Virus record (IMG/VR): IMGVR_UViG_3300011921_000005
Location: 4,354 to 68,353 of that record
Strand: one strand, 5' to 3'
Source of the DNA: a virus
Length of the DNA: 64,000 nt
A program made the translations under genes and the position numbers. Within the stretch, counting starts at the first letter, position 1. Every line of letters starts with the position of its first letter. This document shows, in pieces, positions 8,501-17,415 of the stretch. Below the pieces are notes generated by a model. The model had not been told where the DNA came from, did not search any database, and saw nothing but the letters and a program-made list of their open reading frames with translations.

Positions 8501-11221
8501 TACTTCTAGTGGTAGTTCGCTCCAACGGTCCATGCGTAAAGATGGTCCATAGACACGAATTGGTTGAACACTACCCTTAGTATAGTTCACACGAAATACT
8601 GGGCGATGTGACCAATTCTTAAATAGAACTGTCTCAAACTCATCTGTCTCAAGGGCTAATACAAGTGTTTCGTAATCAATAGACTGAACTTCAACCCATT
8701 TACTACCACGCTTAATTTCAACTTTAGCGCCTGAATTTTTTGCTGTAATCATGTCAGACTGCAATTTAATCATTGCTTCATCAAGAGTAGCAGCACGCTT
8801 TTCAGATGGAATAGTTCCACCCTCTGGTGTTGGTTTTTGTCCTAAGCGACCTGGGCGACCAGTAGGTGTTGGGATGTACTGTTCGATAGATACAATCTGC
8901 CCACCCTCTGAATAACGCCGAGCAACTGCAGGAGAACCAGATGCTGAAATTGGGCGTGTTTCATCAAACTTAAAGACACCCTCAGGTGAGCCGTGGTAAA
9001 GAGTTACTGACTCTAAATCAGCAAGTACACCTTTGAGTGTGCGTACTTCATCCTCTACCGTAAGTGGACTGACATCTTCGGTGAAACGAGGTTTAAATGC
9101 ATCGCGTTCTAGTTCACCAATGCGCTTTGCAATTTCCTTAGAAAGTTGCTGGCGGCTCATATCGGCAGCGCGTAGTTTGTCAACATCTGTCATAAACGCG
9201 TACTGCAACGCATCAACATCTTCTCGGCGACCAGCACGGATATTTACTTGGTCAATAAGACGATTAAAGCCAACCTTACGGTTATTAAAGAATCGCTGTA
9301 CTCCATCTTTGCCACCCGCTGCAACCATGGCTGGCATAGCAAATCCCTTAGCCAACATAGATAGTTGCGCTTCGGTAATGTTACGCACGGTGTATCCAAG
9401 GCGCATAAGTACAGAAGTTTTAAAGATGTCGTTAATAGTACCAAGGGCTGCAAGTCCCTTATCTGTACGGAGTGTTAAATCTTGAACATCAATGCCATCG
9501 AGTAGTCCTGGCAATATACCTTCATGCGCACGGATAGCGCGAGATAACTTACGCATATCTGCAATGATTGAGTAGTTAGCAGACTCACGCTGTAGCACAG
9601 GTGATACTGCGTTAACTACCTGACCGTTCTCAAGATATGAGACGAAGCCTTGGTCGCGGTGTGCCTTGATACGAGAAGCACGGCGTGCATCAAAGATTGC
9701 ATAAAGGTTATCAATAGTTGATGGGTCATAGCCAGGAAAAAGAACCGCAAAGGATTCTTTCTCGGCACGCTGGATAATTCCATTGCGCTCGCCAGCAGAT
9801 GCTGCGCCAAGGTACTCATCTGCATATTGTGCAGCGCGTGCGCCGAAGCCACCCTTAGATAGGTCATTGACCTCACGAAGGAAAGCATTAAATTCTGTGT
9901 ATGAGTCACCATCGTTGACATTAAAGACACCGCTTGGCATTTCATTTTTAAAGTAGTTAACTACCTTGATAAGTGGGTGCAGGCTTGTCTTTTGTATTAA
10001 GACAGATTCTGGCTCAGCAAATGTACGAGCAGACTTAGCCTTTGATTTCTCGGCAAGTTTTCCTTCCCAAGGTCCACGGCTAAATCCATACTTAAACTGT
10101 CCACCAGTTTGTACTGTTTCAAGGGCTACGCGGAAGCGGTCATCTTCTGTTGATGCTTTAGCAATGTAGCCTTGTAGTACCTCGTTGTACTTAGGTGAGG
10201 TAATAAAATCTCCATCAGACTTACCCTCAAGATACATACGATGTGGATGTGGGACATCATTAAGTGCATCAAATACTAAGCCAGCCTCAGAGTCAGCATC
10301 AGCAATTTTAGAAATTGCATTTGTGTCTTTATACATAACAGCACGGAAGGTGTCAACAACTTCTTCCCTTGAGTTAGCACGACCAAAGAGATATGCCATT
10401 GCATCAGGGTTTGTGACTTTTTTCTTGCGCCAGTATTCGTATTGTTCTTTAGCACCAGAGTTTGTAAGAAAGTTAATATCGGTAAGTGCTTCACCTTTGC
10501 CGTCAAGGGCTTGAACAAGGATGTTATCCATGCGCTCTTCTGTCATGGCAAACTTACCAAATACTGCACGAGTAGTCTTACCAGAGATTGTATCTAGCAT
10601 CGGAGCCTTAGCAGCAATGACTGCACCCTTACCAAGGAAACCTGTAAAGGTTAATGGGTCAATAATTGTTGATGCGGTAATATCACCAATACCCGAAAGA
10701 AACTTTCCTCTGTATTGGTCCTGAAACGCAGCCTCGCGGTCCATTGGGTCAAACAGGTCAAAACCAGCAGATAAGAACTTAAGGTTGTTATCTGTCCAGT
10801 CCTGAAGCCATCCTGACTTATCGCCAGCATTTTTTCCAGGAGAAAGAATCGAGAGAGTCGCCTGTCCCAAACTGATGTTTTCTTTTTCGCGCTCAACGCG
10901 TGTTGTGTAGTCGGCGTATGACTCGTTCTCGTTCTTAAACTTGTTGTACATAAAAGGTTGGTCAAGAATTGTCTCAACACCTTCACGGCGTACTTTGCCA
11001 CCTAGTTCGTATGATGCTTCACCAGCGGCAAGTAATCCACCGACAGCAGCACGAACTGGTGTGGTTGTAACCTTAACTGTGTTCTTAGCAAGGTTAATAC
11101 CATCTACATACCACGGGTCATCATTTGAACCAGCAGTTGCTAAATCTTTAAATAGTCCAGGCAAGCCAGTAAAGTCAATGGCTCCCTTTGCCATCTTGCC
11201 AAGGTTTTCAATCCAACTCAT
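5537..11221 (-). CDS. Very large putative ejection/polyvalent protein (1894 aa) with an ADP-ribosyltransferase-like segment
   Basis: Size and position typical of podovirus ejection proteins; internal LYHGS...ARRYS...GYGSAAVL...SYIVL motifs. Confidence 0.6.
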   Translation of the reverse strand: MSWIENLGKMAKGAIDFTGLPGLFKDLATAGSNDDPWYVDGINLAKNTVKVTTTPVRAAVGGLLAAGEASYELGGKVRREGVETILDQPFMYNKFKNENESYADYTTRVEREKENISLGQATLSILSPGKNAGDKSGWLQDWTDNNLKFLSAGFDLFDPMDREAAFQDQYRGKFLSGIGDITASTIIDPLTFTGFLGKGAVIAAKAPMLDTISGKTTRAVFGKFAMTEERMDNILVQALDGKGEALTDINFLTNSGAKEQYEYWRKKKVTNPDAMAYLFGRANSREEVVDTFRAVMYKDTNAISKIADADSEAGLVFDALNDVPHPHRMYLEGKSDGDFITSPKYNEVLQGYIAKASTEDDRFRVALETVQTGGQFKYGFSRGPWEGKLAEKSKAKSARTFAEPESVLIQKTSLHPLIKVVNYFKNEMPSGVFNVNDGDSYTEFNAFLREVNDLSKGGFGARAAQYADEYLGAASAGERNGIIQRAEKESFAVLFPGYDPSTIDNLYAIFDARRASRIKAHRDQGFVSYLENGQVVNAVSPVLQRESANYSIIADMRKLSRAIRAHEGILPGLLDGIDVQDLTLRTDKGLAALGTINDIFKTSVLMRLGYTVRNITEAQLSMLAKGFAMPAMVAAGGKDGVQRFFNNRKVGFNRLIDQVNIRAGRREDVDALQYAFMTDVDKLRAADMSRQQLSKEIAKRIGELERDAFKPRFTEDVSPLTVEDEVRTLKGVLADLESVTLYHGSPEGVFKFDETRPISASGSPAVARRYSEGGQIVSIEQYIPTPTGRPGRLGQKPTPEGGTIPSEKRAATLDEAMIKLQSDMITAKNSGAKVEIKRGSKWVEVQSIDYETLVLALETDEFETVLFKNWSHRPVFRVNYTKGSVQPIRVYGPSLRMDRWSELPLEVRAIFNNKASEYNTWLKKKGWQDQKSPIFQYLRDNGYGSAAVLDDKRAGGLSYIVLPEAVSKKGRIREVDSKIKTLMAKQGEALDWEVATDFQAKMMTSKERREALRAARKAKRRPDAPVSPYYNKDNVNAMINNGVADAAENLARIYTMSHAHLDDMSERLGAAITRAESNAIKQRTGYGYMDIDAGGYNYNIPEVFQDASWFMGRTSAEDTWNAMVGTQEMAFSAGIGARTVSSMKPNDPRYFEGWANILNMHFRDPETGIMDPVVRKILDGQTDEDLLRWFTRSFEGRKYANDTYTTPKQAFGFTALKGGELDEDLLEKINITRGAVKTYIPDEETALVLSRVKEDGKVISGGDIQNWLRDRFSGNPENLPEINGLLVTTSKEYRDQERLIDTFNRRVMRFLGALPEDVFARHPLARATYNKRVKINLEQLAAGKGSDKLTGEEIERAIRGAREESRREVERTLFTIVRRSRASSSQVMQLMFPFFAAYENTMKRWSGIIAENPQAVATAGRTIAQLVNGQMVVDQDGNRITDAKKLSEDGMANLVVQVPEGFIKSLPKGWQEVAENAFKSVSIPLSSLDVITQGQPGNPGFGPYAVLPTYLIVRGRPELEEAFRPLFPAGQPQKVSDLFTPAALRRLSTMWSQDELYVRTFNQMLRYESYNFNSGKRVDQPTLKEIEDKTNKFFMLRALGSISLPIAISPEMDFYQATYRQFLTQYGPGEAEAKFLEMYPDYFEATISLSKSPGGLEANIDTVRNLRKHQGLMAAAEASDNPELIGFLANDFDGQYTFSQAAYQWQYREGAYPGSKNTYRQNRSPEELLRDANIKRGWTQFNSLMGQINTYKIQNGIVSDNDSAMDAINNAKRFWLRQQAKENLDWYSDFISPDRGKYERRAQVLEKALTDKAWMSQNGNRPVVKAMAVYLDARKQLASLLEQREKAGGSRSLSAKSNGDIVYVLDQVRTQLVAESPEFEEFLNRYFINDTVVV

Positions 11222-11670
11222 TGAACCTGTCCCTGTACCTGGCTACGGATGTAGCGATACCAGTTACGGGTGGCATTAGATGCCTGTGGGGATTCTGCAA
11301 TCTTTGCATAGAAAGGCAGCGAAGCAGCGAGCGCAGCAATATCTTCATTGTTTTGCGCTGCAAGCATGCTAGGTGCTGCCATAACTTCTTGACCTGCGTT
11401 AGGTCCAAGGGCTGCTCCTGTATCTACTCCTTCTTCTGGGTAGAGTGTTGGAGCATCGAGAGGAACAATATCGCCAACTGACATCTTAGGTGCAACAGGA
11501 TTACCTCTATTTGGCAACTGTACGCCAGACTTTGACATTGGGGCTTGAGTTTGAAGTTCATAAAAATCTCCTGCATTGTCAATACCTGCAGCATACTGTG
11601 CTGCCTGTCCGCTTGAACCGTCTCCGCCTGTAGCAGATACCTTGAAGTTTTTACTTGCTTCGATTGCCAT
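11218..11670 (-). CDS. Conserved hypothetical protein after portal
   Basis: 150 aa; LDAPTLYPEEGVDTGAALGP matches LDAPTMFPDEPISAGADYGMGP of 50614..51024. Confidence 0.7.
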   Translation of the reverse strand: MAIEASKNFKVSATGGDGSSGQAAQYAAGIDNAGDFYELQTQAPMSKSGVQLPNRGNPVAPKMSVGDIVPLDAPTLYPEEGVDTGAALGPNAGQEVMAAPSMLAAQNNEDIAALAASLPFYAKIAESPQASNATRNWYRYIRSQVQGQVQ

Positions 11671-11709
11671 GATTACCTCTATGCTAAATTAGCGCTCTTG
11701 TGAATAATT

Positions 11710-11740
11710 GTGAGCCTTTTAATGTCAAATGCTCAGGACT
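11710..11740 (-). ncRNA. Candidate small H-type pseudoknot (copy 1)
   Basis: Minus strand AGTC-CTGAGC-ATTT-GAC-ATTAAAAG-GCTCAC; same layout at 32926..32954. Confidence 0.45.
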
Positions 11741-11804
11741 ATTTGATGTGTTAATCGCGGTTATCAACCCACTAACTCTGCTTTTCATAGCAGCCGATTA
11801 TGTA

Positions 11805-11978
11805 TTACTTGTTCTTTGAACCGCGTGTTCCGCTTGGTGCATTGGTCTGATAGACCTTGCCACCCTTAGAGGATGCCTTCTTCGCTGTCATTGGCTTCTG
11901 GTAGTTAGGCTTTCCTGCTGTGCCTTGGTTAGCAGGCTTCTTGCTGTAGCCCTTCTTAAGTGCTGATGCTTTCTTCAT
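11805..11978 (-). CDS. Small Lys-rich protein (57 aa, below the ORF-track cut-off)
   Basis: Hand-translated MKKASALKKGYSKKPANQGTAGKPNYQKPMTAKKASSKGGKVYQTNAPSGTRGSKNK; strong SD GGAGGTG. Confidence 0.75.
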   Translation of the reverse strand: MKKASALKKGYSKKPANQGTAGKPNYQKPMTAKKASSKGGKVYQTNAPSGTRGSKNK

Positions 11979-11990
11979 TTGTTCACCTCC

Positions 11991-13820
11991 TTACGCTGGT
12001 AGTCGTCTGATTAGCGATGCCTGCAAATTAGGTTCGCCTCGCTGAGTTAAACTTGCTAGTAGAGATTGAACATCTGGTCTGCCACCTGGAGCAATCTGTC
12101 CTGGTGCTACGCCAACCATGCGACCTGTTGGACTTAGCCCTTCGGGAAGTTGCCCCTCACCTGGTGGGACCGCGCCTGCTTGCCCGAGAATTTCAGGACT
12201 TACACCCTCAGGGGTCATCTCGCCAGGTGGGGGATTCTGTGGTTTAAACGCATCAGAAACCGCAACCTCAATAGAGGTTCCCTTCTGGCGTTCGTTAATG
12301 ACATAAGATAACTTGTAAAGAATATCCGATGGGTCCTGACCCTGGGAGGCAAGTGCTGGAATAGCCTGTGCATAAGAAGCAATCGCTTGCTTCATGGCAT
12401 CGCGTAGTTCTTCGGTGTCAACCTTCTCTTCTTCTTGTGTTGCATTGAAGGAGAAAGGCATTTGACGGCGAAGGAAGTCGCGAGAAATCAACTTGTCACC
12501 GCGTGCCTGTAGTCCAAAGACCAAAGCACGGTTAGGGTCAAGTCCTGCCATCAAGCCATACTGAACATCAACGGTGTAGTCACCATCAATGTCACGCTTT
12601 GGCTTGTACTTAATGTTGTAAGGAGTACCGTTGCGGACACCGCGTAGGTTCTTCTCTACATCACCAAAAACTTTTTCATCAACCTTAAGTGCAAGGCTGA
12701 GCAATTCGACAAAGCAACGCGCAAACATTGCATGTGCTGTCTTAATCTGTGTATCAAAACCACCCATAAGTGCCTGAACACCACGACCTGTAACGATTGA
12801 AGCATCAATGTTACCTGTACGAGATTCAGGATAGCGTGAGCCTAGGCGTAGTTCGCCTTCGAGAACCTGCTGTTGAGCAAATGTTCCGCCAGGAATTTCA
12901 ATAGATACACGGCGTACATCCTGTGGGCGCTCTGTTTGGATAACTGCATCTGGACCAAGGGCTAAATCTGACACATCGCGTGGAACTACAATAGGAGCCT
13001 GTACTGCCTTAGTCGCTGCCTCAAGAGATAGAAGCGCATAGCGTGCCTTTGCAACCTGAATTGCAAGTACATCATCAAATTGACCGCGTGATTGGTTGTC
13101 AATAGATGGGCGCTGTACGACACGAATCATAACTTCGCCGAGTGAGTTCTTTGCTCGGTCAATTACAAGGTTATTGCGTGACGGGATGAACAAAACATCC
13201 TGGTCTTTGTCGTGATAGCGCACGACTTCAATCAAAGATTGGTCAATGTTCTCATCTTTGTCGTAAATGATGTGGGCATACTCTGGATATGCAGCCATCA
13301 ACTCAGTTACAGACTTCTGAATACGCTGATAGAAATACTGAACTCGACCAAAGCGGTCAATCATTGGGTATGAACCGTAAGAATCTAAGAAGCGGATGCG
13401 TGGCATCTGGGCATCTAGGTCATATTCAACCTGTGCAGGTACGAATCCGTATGTTACATAGCGGTCCGCTGCATTAAACATCTGGGTTTGTAGGTCAGAG
13501 AAGTCAACAATGCCGTTGACAATCTCTTCACGCTTATCAGCCTTCTTGCGTTCCTTCTCAGAAACCATAGTAGGTGAGTTGCAGTTAAATGCGGGTAGTG
13601 GGGCGATAACTTCTGATAGGTCACGCGCTGAAATATCCACCATGTTTGCCACGATAGGGTTCTCGAAAGGACCATCTGGGAACAAATCAGGGTACACATC
13701 GCGCATGCGACCTTTACGAACTAGGAGGACATCTTCCATGCGACTGTCACGCTCGGCAAAAACCTGCTTGACAACGAGGAAGTTATCTTTAATTTCATCT
13801 ACAGTTAGAATCGCACCCAC
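11991..13820 (-). CDS. Portal (head-tail connector) protein, phage X
   Basis: 609 aa directly after terminase; ANMVDISARDLSE, GQFDDVL motifs; homologue 51274..53043. Confidence 0.85.
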   Translation of the reverse strand: MGAILTVDEIKDNFLVVKQVFAERDSRMEDVLLVRKGRMRDVYPDLFPDGPFENPIVANMVDISARDLSEVIAPLPAFNCNSPTMVSEKERKKADKREEIVNGIVDFSDLQTQMFNAADRYVTYGFVPAQVEYDLDAQMPRIRFLDSYGSYPMIDRFGRVQYFYQRIQKSVTELMAAYPEYAHIIYDKDENIDQSLIEVVRYHDKDQDVLFIPSRNNLVIDRAKNSLGEVMIRVVQRPSIDNQSRGQFDDVLAIQVAKARYALLSLEAATKAVQAPIVVPRDVSDLALGPDAVIQTERPQDVRRVSIEIPGGTFAQQQVLEGELRLGSRYPESRTGNIDASIVTGRGVQALMGGFDTQIKTAHAMFARCFVELLSLALKVDEKVFGDVEKNLRGVRNGTPYNIKYKPKRDIDGDYTVDVQYGLMAGLDPNRALVFGLQARGDKLISRDFLRRQMPFSFNATQEEEKVDTEELRDAMKQAIASYAQAIPALASQGQDPSDILYKLSYVINERQKGTSIEVAVSDAFKPQNPPPGEMTPEGVSPEILGQAGAVPPGEGQLPEGLSPTGRMVGVAPGQIAPGGRPDVQSLLASLTQRGEPNLQASLIRRLPA

Positions 13821-13828
13821 CTCCAGTT

Positions 13829-15697
13829 CTATGAATAGTTGTAGTCATTTAAGTTGACAGTAATCTGTCGTGATTGGTCGTACTTTGTATGAAACATATT
13901 CATACGATTGTGTGATTTTGCGAAGTTGCTTGCATTAACAAGTCTGTCTCGACAGCCAAGTTCAGCAAACCAGAAAGCCATGACGGTATCCGTCTTTTGC
14001 GACTTAGGCGCATCTGGATACCAGGTAACAAGTTGCTCGATAAGAGTTTTTAAACCTTCTGATGCATGGGTTGATGGGAACTCAATAAGAGCATTGCCAT
14101 CTTCCCAACCGTGAAAGAGGGTCGTCAGGGATGCAACTCCGAAGTTGGTGTCCCATTTGTTTTGACCCGTATGATGTTCGCGTAAAATTGCACCCCGTGA
14201 CGACAGGTATTCCCGTACCTCACGGTCCTGAGTCAACATAGTTTGAAAAGCGTTCTTCTCAACTCGCCACTCAGAAACTCGATATTTATCTGTCCAGCCC
14301 TTAATCAGTTCTCTGATTTCATCTGGCTTCATCGCTGCCTTGTTAGATACATCTAGCAGGTAGCGCTTTTGTGTAGAAACATCAAGTGCTAGACATACGG
14401 CTGCTGTGTAACCAGAGCCTGCGGGGTCTAGCCCTGCGACTACAATCAATCCATCCATACCGTTGTAGCGAACACCGTTCTTACCCTTAGGTATTGTGCC
14501 GATGTTACGAGCGCCATTGATGATGCCCTTAACCGCTGTGGTAGGAAATGCTGAATCTTCGTGGACCTGTTGCTGTTGGTAAACCATAGCCCACAAGTTA
14601 GGTGAGATGCGAGAGCGCTTCTTATGAAGTGCAGGTCCATCCCACTTGGCATACAGCCCGTTCTCGTCAGGTACTCCGTTACCCGATACGGGTGGCATGT
14701 TGGTCTTAGCCCAGAGGGTTGTCCATTTTTCAGGGTCCTCGTCAAATTCTAAAACTGCAGGTTGTGCAAAGTAGGTCCATGGGGAAGTCTCATCAGGGTA
14801 GCGAGCAGGGTCGCGTAACTCTGAGTACAAGTCCCTTGGGCGAAGGCGGGTACCAATTACAAGAAGGCGACCACCATCGTTATCAATACGGGACATAACT
14901 TCCGACTGAATCCAGTCAATCTGCTTCTCAAATTCATGGGCGTTGGTATGGTCAACACAGTCATCCATGATGATTAAGTCAGCACGAGCGCCGTAGATAT
15001 GACCACGGATACCGATAGCCTGGACAGTAGGGTCCTTTTCGCCTGAGTCACGAGACTCGGAGGATAGGTAAATTAAGTCCTGCTTCCATGAATCAGAGCC
15101 TTTTTGGAATCCCCCTGGCGGACCAAAGGTGAGTTGCAAGTCCTGATACTTTGGATGCGTAAGTCTGTTCTTTATGGAGAGCAGGAACTTTTGCGCCATA
15201 GCCTGTGTCTTAGACACAACCATTATTCTGATATTAGGGTTCTGGCAAATCCGATAGACCGCATAGTTGACCGTAATAGTCGTTGACTTTGCGTGTTCTG
15301 GTGGAGTGTTAACAATTAATAAATCTGGGCTACCCTGTTCATGGGTAATGGCAGGATGGACATCCGAAGGTTCTCTACCCTCCAATAGGTCAATCCAATG
15401 TTCCTGGTGCTTGAACACCTTAGTGCCTAAAAATTTTTCTGAGAATTCAGGGAAGGGTGGTACTTCCCCTCTAGCCCCGCCTATTTCACCACGGGCAGTC
15501 ATACTACGGACTTTATCTACCTGGGTGGCAAACTCCTGGTCTATCTTTCGGTAGTATTCGTAGGTCTTAACGCTACGACCAACGGCATCCATGGCTCGTT
15601 GGACAGAGTACCCCTCCATTAGGAATTCGATAATCTGCTTCTTGATAGCATCGCTTCGATGGCTAGCAGCAGTTGTTCTTTTTCTCTCCATAGGCAT
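13829..15697 (-). CDS. terL: Terminase large subunit, phage X, with N-terminal HTH-like extension
   Basis: Walker A variant PPEHAKST, Walker B LIIMDD, nuclease motifs AGLDPA and KTDTVMA. Confidence 0.92.
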   Translation of the reverse strand: MPMERKRTTAASHRSDAIKKQIIEFLMEGYSVQRAMDAVGRSVKTYEYYRKIDQEFATQVDKVRSMTARGEIGGARGEVPPFPEFSEKFLGTKVFKHQEHWIDLLEGREPSDVHPAITHEQGSPDLLIVNTPPEHAKSTTITVNYAVYRICQNPNIRIMVVSKTQAMAQKFLLSIKNRLTHPKYQDLQLTFGPPGGFQKGSDSWKQDLIYLSSESRDSGEKDPTVQAIGIRGHIYGARADLIIMDDCVDHTNAHEFEKQIDWIQSEVMSRIDNDGGRLLVIGTRLRPRDLYSELRDPARYPDETSPWTYFAQPAVLEFDEDPEKWTTLWAKTNMPPVSGNGVPDENGLYAKWDGPALHKKRSRISPNLWAMVYQQQQVHEDSAFPTTAVKGIINGARNIGTIPKGKNGVRYNGMDGLIVVAGLDPAGSGYTAAVCLALDVSTQKRYLLDVSNKAAMKPDEIRELIKGWTDKYRVSEWRVEKNAFQTMLTQDREVREYLSSRGAILREHHTGQNKWDTNFGVASLTTLFHGWEDGNALIEFPSTHASEGLKTLIEQLVTWYPDAPKSQKTDTVMAFWFAELGCRDRLVNASNFAKSHNRMNMFHTKYDQSRQITVNLNDYNYS

Positions 15698-16231
15698 ACC
15701 GAAACGCAGTAAAGGAAGTTTCGGGTGTATCTCCTAACCGTAGGCGTAGTCTAAACGAAGCCGAAGGTTAGGGCTTCTCTTAGGGTGCGACCCCCAGGGT
15801 CGCTGCTAGTGTGTGGAGAGGCTCCGATTATTTCGCCTCTCACTTATACTATAGGTGTCCAAAAGGTCCTTAGCGGACACTTTTGTCCAAAGTTTTTTTA
15901 CGGGTTTTTTGCCTACGGCAAAAGTGCTGGTCAGAGGCATATAGTGACCCCAGAACTATCAAAGTTATGTGGGTAGATACACATACACATACACACCACG
16001 GATTTAACAATCCTGGGGTGAAGCATGCACGCTCACTCATCTACTTTCCATGCTGGCTTGGCATTGCTTGCAGGGCTAAGCGGTGCAGGCTTGAAGGGCT
16101 AGGGCAGGGCTTGGCTTTCACTCTTGATTCACTCGCGCTCAATATGCCCCGCGCCCCCCGCATTGCTTGCCCGATTGCCCCGCATGCTTGCCGTCTCAAT
16201 ATGTGAGACACCTACCCCCTCACGCTCGCCA

Positions 16232-16247
16232 TGTGATGTTCGTCACA
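16232..16247. promoter_or_regulatory. CRP/GlxR-type box
   Basis: TGTGA-TGTTCG-TCACA, perfect consensus; TTGACA at 16274-16279 downstream. Confidence 0.7.
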
Positions 16248-16273
16248 TTTTCAAGATTGAGCGTGTTAGGTGC

Positions 16274-16304
16274 TTGACACCGCATAAACGGCGGGTGTAG
16301 AAAT
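16274..16304 (+). promoter_or_regulatory. Putative early promoter
   Basis: Perfect -35 TTGACA and a weak -10 (TAGAAA) upstream of the first early gene. Confidence 0.5.
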
Positions 16305-16357
16305 CTCTCATGGCTTAAGTCATCGGGGCTTAAGACTCAAGAACAGGAGAACAAGAA

Positions 16358-16993
16358 ATGACCGCAACAACCGCAACCAAGGCGAACAAGGCAAGCAAGG
16401 CAGAAGCACTCTCAACAATCACCAAGGCACTAGAACAGGCTCACGAGATTATCAAGGCAGAAACAGGGGCACCCCGCGCAACTCTTCTCGTGACTCGCGA
16501 CCTCAAGGGGCGCAAGGGTCACTTCACACCCTTCACACCTTGGAAGGCGGGGGAAGAATCTTTCTCGGAAATCGCTTTCAATCTTGAACACTTCACAACC
16601 CCCGAGGAACTTCTCTCAACACTTCTCCACGAGGTGGCTCACTCAATGAATCACATGAACGGGATTGAAGATTGCTCAAGCAACCAATACCACAACAAGC
16701 ACTTTAAGACTCAAGCCGAGGCACTCGGTCTTAAGACACTAGAAATCAAGGGCAAGGGGCACGCCTCAACAGAACTCACCGAGTTTGGCGCTAAGCGATG
16801 GGCTAAGGCGCTTAAGGTGCTTTCAAATGCTTTCGACTTGGTGGCACTTGGTGGCGAATCTGCCAAGAAGAAGGGGCGCAATACGAATCTCCTCAAGGCA
16901 ATGTGTCCATGTGAGCAGGTAATCCGCGCCTCTCGTGGCGTGATTGAAGCGGGCGTGCGTTGCGATATGTGCGGGTGCCAATTCGTGGCTTAA
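16358..16993 (+). CDS. SprT-like zinc metalloprotease-fold protein
   Basis: LLHEVAHSMNH (HExxH plus third His) and a C-terminal CPC...CDMC zinc finger. Confidence 0.8.
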   Translation: MTATTATKANKASKAEALSTITKALEQAHEIIKAETGAPRATLLVTRDLKGRKGHFTPFTPWKAGEESFSEIAFNLEHFTTPEELLSTLLHEVAHSMNHMNGIEDCSSNQYHNKHFKTQAEALGLKTLEIKGKGHASTELTEFGAKRWAKALKVLSNAFDLVALGGESAKKKGRNTNLLKAMCPCEQVIRASRGVIEAGVRCDMCGCQFVA

Positions 16994-17002
16994 GACAGAA
17001 AA

Positions 17003-17077
17003 GCCCCCCGCCCGATAAGTCGGCGCAGGCTCGCGACCTACGGGGGGCACGACATAGGGAGAAAGTCTCCTTATGAC
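17003..17077 (+). ncRNA. tRNA-like mini-element plus 3' hairpin (copy 1)
   Basis: GCCCCCC/GGGGGGC stem, CCGA-TAAG-TCGG arm, AGG-CTCGCGA-CCT arm, then ACGA; followed by CATAGGGAGA-AAG-TCTCCTTATG. Confidence 0.55.
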
Positions 17078-17099
17078 TTAAGACAGGAGAAAGGGGCTA

Positions 17100-17300
17100 G
17101 TGATGACAATCACAGCAACTAACTACAAGGGGCGCGTTTGGACATGCGACCACCACAACGCCAAGATTGAGGCGATGATTAACGAGGGAAAGACAGCCGA
17201 GGCGATGGCTCTCGTTAATGTCTTAAGCCCCAAGAAATCGCGGGGAATCTGCGCCGAGTGTCGGCGCTTATGGCAAGAGACACCGCCAATGAATCGGTGA
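17100..17300 (+). CDS. Small early protein with possible Zn ligands
   Basis: 66 aa, CDHH and CAEC; SD GACAGGAGA. Confidence 0.65.
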   Translation: MMTITATNYKGRVWTCDHHNAKIEAMINEGKTAEAMALVNVLSPKKSRGICAECRRLWQETPPMNR

Positions 17301-17311
17301 CTTAAGACACA

Positions 17312-17379
17312 GCCCCCGCCGATAGGGTACGGATTCACAATCCAACGGGGGCACGAACTCTCAACCTAAAGTTGAGGGT
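17312..17379 (+). ncRNA. tRNA-like mini-element plus 3' hairpin (copy 2)
   Basis: GCCCCCG/CGGGGGC, CC-GATA-GG, GGA-TTCACAA-TCC, then ACGA; followed by CTCTCAAC-CTAAA-GTTGAGGG. Confidence 0.55.
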
Positions 17380-17383
17380 TAGG

Positions 17384-17415
17384 TGTGACCAACATCACAC
17401 GCAAAATGATTGACA
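17384..17415 (+). promoter_or_regulatory. CRP/GlxR-type box plus TTGACA
   Basis: TGTGA-CCAACA-TCACA (17384-17399), 10 nt, TTGACA (17410-17415). Confidence 0.7.

Noticed and set aside
15741-15752. 12-mer TAGGCGTAGTCT shared with 55518-55529
   Set aside because: A chance match is plausible (a few percent) and the contexts differ.
15975-16200. ACAC tract and GGCTTG/GGGCT-rich stretch
   Set aside because: Short, irregular, low-complexity; could be a terminus or origin region but nothing here supports a specific call.
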